Of a stretch of DNA of 64,000 bases, positions 53,239 to 64,000 are shown piece after piece (position 1 is the stretch's first letter; each line of letters opens with the position of its first letter). The DNA comes from Eledone cirrhosa (taxonomy: Eukaryota). Location: positions 18,104,001 through 18,168,000 of the forward strand of contig OZ024741.1 of assembly GCA_964016885.1 (NCBI GenBank), read 5' to 3'. The notes beneath the pieces were generated by a model. The model was not told the DNA's origin and did no database searches. It saw only the letters and a program-made list of their open reading frames with translations. The position numbers and the translations under genes were made by a program.

Positions 53239-56200
53239 ATAAATTGAAACAAAATGAAAACGAAATTTCATTTCTCACTCTTAGTATGGCACTTACTTAA
53301 ATGTAAGTATGCATGTATACGTACATACATATATGTATACAGACGTACAGTAGCATGCACATATATATATATATATACATATATACATACATATGCATAC
53401 AGGTACACATACATATATGCACGTATCAGTTTAGCGGCGCTAACGTCGCTTTGTTCGTTTGTAAACAAACTGAACAGCCTGAATTTATGCCATACGGTGT
53501 TAAGGCAACCACGTCACCTTTTTGTTCAACACTGACACAGGAACGATGTACTAGTTTCAAGCTTGTTAGCTATCATCAGCACCGTTTACCCATCTGCCAG
53601 ATAGTTGAACGTTCGAAAGTATATACTTTCCTTATGAAAATTAACGGCTGAGCAGCCTAATTTGCATATTGAGTGAGTTAAATCGGTCAGGCATACCGAA
53701 AACGATAAATTGAAACAAAATGAAAACGAAATTTCATTTCTCACTCTTAGTATGGCACTTACTTAAATGTAAGTATGCATGTATACGTACATACATATAT
53801 GTATACAGACGTACAGTAGCATGCACATATATATATATATATACATATATACATACATATGCATACAGGTACACATACATATATGCACGTATCAGTTTAG
53901 CGGCGCTAACGTCGCTTTGTTCGTTTGTAAACAAACTGAACAGCCTGAATTTATGCCATACGGTGTTAAGGCAACCACGTCACCTTTTTGTTCAACACTG
54001 ACACAGGAACGATGTACTAGTTTCAAGCTTGTTAGCTATCATCAGCACCGTTTACCCATCTGCCAGATAGTTGAACGTTCGAAAGTATATACTTTCCTTA
54101 TGAAAATTAACGGCTGAGCAGCCTAATTTGCATATTGAGTGAGTTAAATCGGTCAGGCATACCGAAAACGATAAATTGAAACAAAATGAAAACGAAATTT
54201 CATTTCTCACTCTTAGTATGGCACTTACTTAAATGTAAGTATGCATGTATACGTACATACATATATGTATACAGACGTACAGTAGCATGCACATATATAT
54301 ATATATATACATATATACATACATATGCATACAGGTACACATACATATATGCACGTATCAGTTTAGCGGCGCTAACGTCGCTTTGTTCGTTTGTAAACAA
54401 ACTGAACAGCCTGAATTTATGCCATACGGTGTTAAGGCAACCACGTCACCTTTTTGTTCAACACTGACACAGGAACGATGTACTAGTTTCAAGCTTGTTA
54501 GCTATCATCAGCACCGTTTACCCATCTGCCAGATAGTTGAACGTTCGAAAGTATATACTTTCCTTATGAAAATTAACGGCTGAGCAGCCTAATTTGCATA
54601 TTGAGTGAGTTAAATCGGTCAGGCATACCGAAAACGATAAATTGAAACAAAATGAAAACGAAATTTCATTTCTCACTCTTAGTATGGCACTTACTTAAAT
54701 GTAAGTATGCATGTATACGTACATACATATATGTATACAGACGTACAGTAGCATGCACATATATATATATATATACATATATACATACATATGCATACAG
54801 GTACACATACATATATGCACGTATCAGTTTAGCGGCGCTAACGTCGCTTTGTTCGTTTGTAAACAAACTGAACAGCCTGAATTTATGCCATACGGTGTTA
54901 AGGCAACCACGTCACCTTTTTGTTCAACACTGACACAGGAACGATGTACTAGTTTCAAGCTTGTTAGCTATCATCAGCACCGTTTACCCATCTGCCAGAT
55001 AGTTGAACGTTCGAAAGTATATACTTTCCTTATGAAAATTAACGGCTGAGCAGCCTAATTTGCATATTGAGTGAGTTAAATCGGTCAGGCATACCGAAAA
55101 CGATAAATTGAAACAAAATGAAAACGAAATTTCATTTCTCACTCTTAGTATGGCACTTACTTAAATGTAAGTATGCATGTATACGTACATACATATATGT
55201 ATACAGACGTACAGTAGCATGCACATATATATATATATATACATATATACATACATATGCATACAGGTACACATACATATATGCACGTATCAGTTTAGCG
55301 GCGCTAACGTCGCTTTGTTCGTTTGTAAACAAACTGAACAGCCTGAATTTATGCCATACGGTGTTAAGGCAACCACGTCACCTTTTTGTTCAACACTGAC
55401 ACAGGAACGATGTACTAGTTTCAAGCTTGTTAGCTATCATCAGCACCGTTTACCCATCTGCCAGATAGTTGAACGTTCGAAAGTATATACTTTCCTTATG
55501 AAAATTAACGGCTGAGCAGCCTAATTTGCATATTGAGTGAGTTAAATCGGTCAGGCATACCGAAAACGATAAATTGAAACAAAATGAAAACGAAATTTCA
55601 TTTCTCACTCTTAGTATGGCACTTACTTAAATGTAAGTATGCATGTATACGTACATACATATATGTATACAGACGTACAGTAGCATGCACATATATATAT
55701 ATATATACATATATACATACATATGCATACAGGTACACATACATATATGCACGTATCAGTTTAGCGGCGCTAACGTCGCTTTGTTCGTTTGTAAACAAAC
55801 TGAACAGCCTGAATTTATGCCATACGGTGTTAAGGCAACCACGTCACCTTTTTGTTCAACACTGACACAGGAACGATGTACTAGTTTCAAGCTTGTTAGC
55901 TATCATCAGCACCGTTTACCCATCTGCCAGATAGTTGAACGTTCGAAAGTATATACTTTCCTTATGAAAATTAACGGCTGAGCAGCCTAATTTGCATATT
56001 GAGTGAGTTAAATCGGTCAGGCATACCGAAAACGATAAATTGAAACAAAATGAAAACGAAATTTCATTTCTCACTCTTAGTATGGCACTTACTTAAATGC
56101 CTGACCGATTTAACTCACTCAATATGCAAATTAGGCTGCTCAGCCGTTAATTTTCATAAGGAAAGTATATACTTTCGAACGTTCAACTATCTGGCAGATG

Positions 56201-57888
56201 GGTAAACGGTGCTGATGATAGCTAACAAGCTTGAAACTAGTACATCGTTCCTGTGTCAGTGTTGAACAAAAAGGTGACGTGGTTGCCTTAACACCGTATG
56301 GCATAAATTCAGGCTGTTCAGTTTGTTTACAAACGAACAAAGCGACGTTAGCGCCGCTAAACTGATACGTGCATATATGTATGTGTACCTGTATGCATAT
56401 GTATGTATATATGTATATATATATATATATGTGCATGCTACTGTACGTCTGTATACATATATGTATGTACGTATACATGCATACTTACATTTAAGTAAGT
56501 GCCATACTAAGAGTGAGAAATGAAATTTCGTTTTCATTTTGTTTCAATTTATCGTTTTCGGTATGCCTGACCGATTTAACTCACTCAATATGCAAATTAG
56601 GCTGCTCAGCCGTTAATTTTCATAAGGAAAGTATATACTTTCGAACGTTCAACTATCTGGCAGATGGGTAAACGGTGCTGATGATAGCTAACAAGCTTGA
56701 AACTAGTACATCGTTCCTGTGTCAGTGTTGAACAAAAAGGTGACGTGGTTGCCTTAACACCGTATGGCATAAATTCAGGCTGTTCAGTTTGTTTACAAAC
56801 GAACAAAGCGACGTTAGCGCCGCTAAACTGATACGTGCATATATGTATGTGTACCTGTATGCATATGTATGTATATATGTATATATATATATATATGTGC
56901 ATGCTACTGTACGTCTGTATACATATATGTATGTACGTATACATGCATACTTACATTTAAGTAAGTGCCATACTAAGAGTGAGAAATGAAATTTCGTTTT
57001 CATTTTGTTTCAATTTATCGTTTTCGGTATGCCTGACCGATTTAACTCACTCAATATGCAAATTAGGCTGCTCAGCCGTTAATTTTCATAAGGAAAGTAT
57101 ATACTTTCGAACGTTCAACTATCTGGCAGATGGGTAAACGGTGCTGATGATAGCTAACAAGCTTGAAACTAGTACATCGTTCCTGTGTCAGTGTTGAACA
57201 AAAAGGTGACGTGGTTGCCTTAACACCGTATGGCATAAATTCAGGCTGTTCAGTTTGTTTACAAACGAACAAAGCGACGTTAGCGCCGCTAAACTGATAC
57301 GTGCATATATGTATGTGTACCTGTATGCATATGTATGTATATATGTATATATATATATATATGTGCATGCTACTGTACGTCTGTATACATATATGTATGT
57401 ACGTATACATGCATACTTACATTTAAGTAAGTGCCATACTAAGAGTGAGAAATGAAATTTCGTTTTCATTTTGTTTCAATTTATCGTTTTCGGTATGCCT
57501 GACCGATTTAACTCACTCAATATGCAAATTAGGCTGCTCAGCCGTTAATTTTCATAAGGAAAGTATATACTTTCGAACGTTCAACTATCTGGCAGATGGG
57601 TAAACGGTGCTGATGATAGCTAACAAGCTTGAAACTAGTACATCGTTCCTGTGTCAGTGTTGAACAAAAAGGTGACGTGGTTGCCTTAACACCGTATGGC
57701 ATAAATTCAGGCTGTTCAGTTTGTTTACAAACGAACAAAGCGACGTTAGCGCCGCTAAACTGATACGTGCATATATGTATGTGTACCTGTATGCATATGT
57801 ATGTATATATGTATATATATATATATATGTGCATGCTACTGTACGTCTGTATACATATATGTATGTACGTATACATGCATACTTACAT
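53239..57888. mobile_element. ~10 x 466-bp HHR-containing tandem array (retrozyme-like) with internal inversion
   Basis: Units at 53241+466n up to 56099, inverted block 56097-57888. HHRs on minus at 53542-53586 (+466n, six copies) and on plus at 56205-56249 (+466n, four copies). Confidence 0.93.
56205..56249 (+). ncRNA. Type I hammerhead ribozyme (representative of 10 copies)
   Basis: aacggtg-CTGATGA-t-agct-aaca-agct-t-GAAA-ctag-TA-catcgtt; distal stem I gttcaac..ctggca/tgtcag..gttgaac. Confidence 0.92.
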
Positions 57889-57904
57889 ATATATATATAT
57901 ATAT

Positions 57905-57974
<70 letters not shown>

Positions 57975-58156
57975 ATATATATATATCCATATATATATAT
58001 ATATATCCATATATATATATATATATATATCCATATATATATATCCATATATATATATATATCCATATATATATCCATATATATATATATATATCCATAT
58101 ATATATATATATCCATATATATATATATCCATATATATATATATATGGATATATAT

Positions 58157-58220
<64 letters not shown>

Positions 58221-58274
58221 ATATATATATATATATATCCATATATATATCCATATATATATATATATATATAT

Positions 58275-58372
<98 letters not shown>

Positions 58373-58428
58373 ATATATATATATATATATATATATATAT
58401 CCATATATATATATATATATATATATAT

Positions 58429-58474
<46 letters not shown>

Positions 58475-58528
58475 ATATATATATATATATATCCATATAT
58501 ATATATATATCCATATATATATATATAT

Positions 58529-58610
<82 letters not shown>

Positions 58611-58630
58611 ATATATATATATATATATAT
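57889..58630. repeat. (TA)n interrupted by CC, right flank of the array
   Basis: Same atatcc variant as 52860-53238. Confidence 0.95.
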
Positions 58631-58811
58631 AGATAGCACGTGTCTGATACGCTGAGAGGCAGTGTTAGGGATTTCTGACACATTAGTCAAACATGTCCTC
58701 CTGTGATATAGGACTATAGTAAAAGAGAAGAGAAAGACATGTAAGGTACATGGTTGAAATAAAAATAGGTTTTGTAGTTGGTAGATTATAGTGGCAGTAA
58801 CAGGTGTTTAG

Positions 58812-58894
<83 letters not shown>

Positions 58895-59203
58895 CTTATA
58901 TGTGTATATATATATCTTTACATATATATATATATATATATATATGTGTGTATATATATATATAAATGGATATATATGTATATATATATATATAAATTTA
59001 TATATATGTATATATATATATATATAAATGGATATATATGTATACATATATATATATACATATATATATATTTATATATATATATATATATACATATATA
59101 TCCATGTATATATATATACATATATATCCATATATAGGCATATATATCAATATATATACACATATATATCCATATATATCCATATATATATATATATGTC
59201 TAT

Positions 59204-59235
<32 letters not shown>

Positions 59236-59519
59236 GTGTGTGTGTATGTGTGTCTACACACCCACCTCAGGACAAACAAACATTACCATCATTGCTTTAA
59301 AAAAACGTGGGTTTTACTTCCAAAATAATCTTTAGAAAATGTCAAGTATGTTTGTCTACTGGAGATGGCTTCCGTCTTGTGTAGCGTTGAAACCTATAAT
59401 TAATCACGGTGGCTTTTTGTCACGGAATGTCTATATTTGGACACACAGCCAGCCTACTAGAAATAGCAGCTAGATGTTTCTCAAATCATACTTTAGCGTC
59501 TAAGCCCCAAAAATTAGAG

Positions 59520-60135
59520 TGCGAATATCGACTGTAAAGTTCATATCCTGACCAAGATACTCTCATTGAATGACCAAATGAGGTTTATTTTTCAACATAG
59601 TCTCTGGAAAGAAACAATGAAGTTATTAATAAGAAGAACTGAAATTAATGCAAACAAGATTTCACAGCCCTAGCATCATTCCTTCATAGGCTTCCCACGA
59701 TACTCTCATGGAATGACCAAATGAGGTTTATTTTTCAATATAGTCCCTGGAAAGTAACAATGCAGTTATTAGTAAGAAGAATTGAAATTAAAGTAAACAA
59801 GATTTCACAGCTCTAGCATTATCCCTTCATAGTCTGACCAGGATACGCTCATGGAATGACCAAATGAAGTTTATTTTTCAGATTAGTCCCTGGAAAAAAT
59901 AAACAAATTACTTACTAATAAGAAGAGTTGAAATAAATGCAGGCAAGATTTCACGGCTCTAGCATCACTCCTTCATAGTCAGCCTATGAACTTTTCAGAC
60001 TTGCATTAATTTCACCTCTTCTTATTAATAACTTCATTGTTTCTTTCCAGAGACTATGTTGAAAAATAAACCCATTTGGTCATTCCATGAGAATATCTTG
60101 GTTAACATTTGAACTTTTCATCCGACCATTTTATA
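59520..60135. mobile_element. Mariner-like MITE, second copy, rearranged
   Basis: Reverse ~135-bp units (gatttcacagctctagcatca) and TIR-like tcagcctatgaacttttca. Confidence 0.6.
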
Positions 60136-60256
60136 TACACATATATATATCATATATATCTAAATATATATATATACATTTATATATATATATATTGTGT
60201 GTGTGTCTGTGTGTGAGTGTGAGTGTGTGTGTATGTGTATGTGTATGTGAGTGTGA

Positions 60257-60352
<96 letters not shown>

Positions 60353-61146
60353 TTGAGATCGCGTGTGGGTATGTGTGGGGGTGATGAAGGGTTGTATGTG
60401 TATCTCTGTGGGGACTATTACGTCCTTGTACAGAAATATATTTTTGCTGCTATTTCTAGCAAGGTCAATTGTCTACATAGGAGGCAGTGTTTTGTTTTCT
60501 ACTTTCACATAATTTACATTACAGTTTTATTTCCAAATATTTATATTTTTTCGTCAGTATTTGTTCCTTTGGTTTTTGTGGTTTTTGTGTTTGTTTACTA
60601 AAACAAACACAGTTTCCTTTACCTAAGTCAACAAATGGGCTTTCTCGGTGTCAATCAGCACAAAAATAAACCGCTATGTCGGATTACTGGACAAATCTTC
60701 CACGTAACCCCCCCCCCTCCTCCCTCTACCCCTCCCCCTTCTTTTCTCCCTTCCTCCCAGTCTTCCTTTCTTCCTTCCTCCTGTTAGATTCGAACTTAAA
60801 TAAACATGGCTTATAAACTGGTTTCTCACTAATTACACTACATTGACGTACTCAAGGCGCTGAAATAGAGATATCTCATTTGTTCTTTCTTATTTATATC
60901 TGCCATTCTTTTATTCTGCTAGTCTTCTATTGGCTTCAGTCAGTAGACTGCGGCAATGCTGGAGCACCGTCTTGAAGTGATTAGAGTAGGTCAGAGCTAT
61001 ACCAGTAATTTTTACTCTCAGATATTTATTCTATTGAATTTCTTTTTGTTGAACCACTAAGTTCCTGGACACGAAGCAGGCACTGAATGCAAACATACAC
61101 ACACAGACACACAGATACACACACATATACACTTATGTGTAATAGT

Positions 61147-61475
61147 GAAGGCGCATGGCTTAGTGATTAGAGCATTGGGCTTGCAATTGAGAGGTTGCAA
61201 GTTCGATTCTCGGACCGGGATTTGGGTTGTGTCCTTGAGCAAGACGCTTTATTCCACGTTGCTCCAGTTTACTCAACTGTAGAAATGAGTTACAACGTCA
61301 CTGGTGCCAAGCTGTATTGGTCATTGCTTTTCCCTTGGACAACATCGCTGACGTGGTGAGGAGAGACTGGTATGTATGGGCGACTGCTGGTCTTTCACAA
61401 ACAACCTTGCCTGGACTTGTACCTCGGAGGGAAACTTTCTAGGTGCAAAACCATGGTCATTCGTGACCGAGTGGG
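61147..61475 (+). mobile_element. tRNA-derived SINE, second family
   Basis: A box tggcttagtgattag, B box gttcgattc, core gtgtccttgagcaagac. Confidence 0.8.
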
Positions 61476-61537
61476 GCCAAAGCGATGTGTGTGTAGCTTG
61501 TGGTTACTAGCGGCGCCGCTGGTCGAATTAATCGATG

Positions 61538-61679
61538 TTTGATCAGGTGATCGAATCCCGATTCTTAAACGACACCATTTCAGATATGCGAGTTTACATG
61601 TTTCGATGGGACCACCTATATAAACTCGCATATCTGAAGTGCTGTCGATTATGAGTCGGGATCCGATCGCCTGATCAAA
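61538..61679. other. ~142-nt imperfect hairpin
   Basis: tttgatcaggtgatcg...gcgagttta / taaactcgc...cgatcgcctgatcaaa. Confidence 0.8.
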
Positions 61680-61738
61680 GTTGAGCTGATCGATATTGAA
61701 ACAATTGTAATATGCAATAAAATTTTATAAAAAGCTGC

Positions 61739-61793
<55 letters not shown>

Positions 61794-61859
61794 GATGATT
61801 TCACCCGAATGAAACGGTTCTAGTCCTGGAGAAGCCTTTCTATATTAATTATATATATA

Positions 61860-61902
<43 letters not shown>

Positions 61903-62035
61903 ATATAGAGGGGAAAAACACAGAAGAGTGTTTTCCTTTACAGGAATTTCAAACCACCAGCTTGAAGAGATCATGAGCTAATAGAGGCATAGGAACACAT
62001 TAAAATGAAAAGTATAAATTAAAATGAGACACCAA

Positions 62036-62100
<65 letters not shown>

Positions 62101-62311
62101 TATAGGTGTCAGGTCATATATATATATATAACATAAACATATAAGACAATGACAGGGGATAATTTGTAAAGGGTATCTATGTTTGAAGTTCTCGTTAAAC
62201 TTTAATTAGATACCTACCTAGCTGTGTACACTCTTTACAAATTATCATCTGTGATTGTTTCAAATGTTTATTTTATATATAAATATATGTCAATCGATTT
62301 CTAATTGAATG

Positions 62312-62565
<254 letters not shown>

Positions 62566-62666
62566 AATGGTGATGGTTATACGAAACAGGAAGAACCGTA
62601 TATATATATACGAAAAGTCAACAAGGAAAATTAACACTAGGAGACAATGATATATATTTGGATATA

Positions 62667-62709
<43 letters not shown>

Positions 62710-63009
62710 TGGATAGCTAGATATTAATAGCTAGATATTAATAGCTAAATAACTAGATAGATAGATTGATAGATTTAGGAAAGTCTTAACCTTTCGAACG
62801 ACAATCTTTCATAGGAAGATAGAATGAGAAAGAGAGGGAGAGGGGCAGAGGGAGGGGGAGGGGTGGGGTGGATAGGAATTCAAACAAGAGTAAGAAAGGG
62901 AAGAAAACGCGAAAAGGTTAAACAGGAGAACAGAACGTGTTGTACTTAGCCATATATATAATATTATATATATATGCATGTGTGTTGTGTGTGTGTGAGT
63001 ATGTATGTG

Positions 63010-63185
63010 TATTACTGGTACTTCATTTTATCGACCTCCTAAGGATGAAAGGCAAAGTTAACCTCGGAGTTCAAATCCCGCTGAGGTTAACTTTGCCTTT
63101 CATCCTTACGGGGTCGATAAAACAAAGTACCAGTAATACGCTGGGTAATTGCTGGCCTTGTGCCAAAAGTAGAAACAATTATATT
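63010..63185. mobile_element. Two SINE fragments joined head-to-head
   Basis: Reverse core at 63010-63068 joined to a forward B-box-to-tail copy. Confidence 0.75.
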
Positions 63186-63665
63186 AGTATAATATATGTG
63201 TGTGTGTGAGTGTGAGTGTGTGTGTATAATATACATTAGCATAAGATAATATATATGTATGTAATTAAGTCTGTCAATTAGAGAAAGCCAAAGCTATCCA
63301 CGAACTCGACCAAAAGTAACCCATAAGTCCATATATGACCTTCCCCACTTGACTTATACACACAAAGAAAAAGAAAATGCAATCACATAAAATGCAATCA
63401 CATTCATGTCATGTTATGAAGTATTTTTTCGATATACATAGCGACACGGTTGTTATACCTAGCGGGATATTAATATGTTTAGTTTTGTTATATCGGTTAG
63501 ATAGAGTGACAAATATTTTGATTCTAACTATAATTAGTTATGTAATTTCTTTAATATAAACTATTGCATGAAACCACTGATGCGAGCAGGATTATTACAG
63601 AAACTGTCGTTTCACGATAACCGAATATTCTAATTTACTTTTATATATATATACATGCATATATG

Positions 63666-63747
<82 letters not shown>

Positions 63748-63752
<5 letters not shown>

Positions 63753-64000
63753 CAAATAACGAAACGAAATTTAATTTCGTTTCGTTATTTGTTTTTATCG
63801 TCTCCGCTGAACCGGTACGTACTCACGCTCTATGCAAATTGGTCTGCCCACTACTAATTTTCATAGAAAAAGCATATAACGATATGTGCTTTTACGATTC
63901 TCTAGAAAGGCCGGAAGATAGGTAAATATTGCTGATGAGATGTAACAACATCGAAACTAGTCCAATATTCCTGTCTGGCTTTCTAGAGAATAGAGGAAAG
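63748..64000 (+). mobile_element. Family C element with HHR at 63925-63969, running off the window
   Basis: aatattg-CTGATGA-gatgt-aaca-acatc-GAAA-ctag-TC-caatatt; starts with a short fold-back at the (TA)n junction. Confidence 0.88.

Noticed and set aside
53254-57876. Repeated 93/112/66-aa ORFs in the 466-bp units
   Set aside because: They run through TA/CA low-complexity sequence, have no recognisable domain, and are not evident in related family C.
62785-63615. Further HHR-like traces (~62790 minus, ~63577 plus)
   Set aside because: Cores or stems are too degenerate to call.

Overview
This is AT-rich, repeat-saturated animal DNA with no host-gene exon I can support. The tRNA-derived SINEs look cephalopod/Octopus-like, which is an inference. 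Almost all ORFs in the track are microsatellite or minisatellite translations. The real coding relics are all from transposons: one near-full-length Penelope-like element (PLE; RT + GIY-YIG, two in-frame stops), a second rearranged PLE inside a ~4.9-kb inverted repeat, CR1-like, RTE and Tx1/L1 LINE fragments, and Helitrons. The main hidden signal is a dense population of type I hammerhead ribozymes (HHRs; CUGANGA...GAAA...UH): about 30 intact or relic motifs from a dozen or more sequence families, found by eye. They are carried by short non-coding elements that sit in (TA)n tracts as tandem, partial-tandem or fold-back insertions, i.e. a PLE-driven retrozyme-like system. Highlights: (1) a ~10-mer of apparently identical 466-bp HHR monomers with a twin-priming-like inversion; (2) HHRs with a ~95-nt branched stem II and a candidate pseudoknot; (3) a conserved octamer/TATA-like block upstream of the HHR; (4) a 4.9-kb array of 50-bp double-palindrome units bounded by 21-bp inverted repeats; (5) a stack of Tx1 LINEs inserted into (CTAT)n. 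All structures were derived manually; no folding or database search was run.
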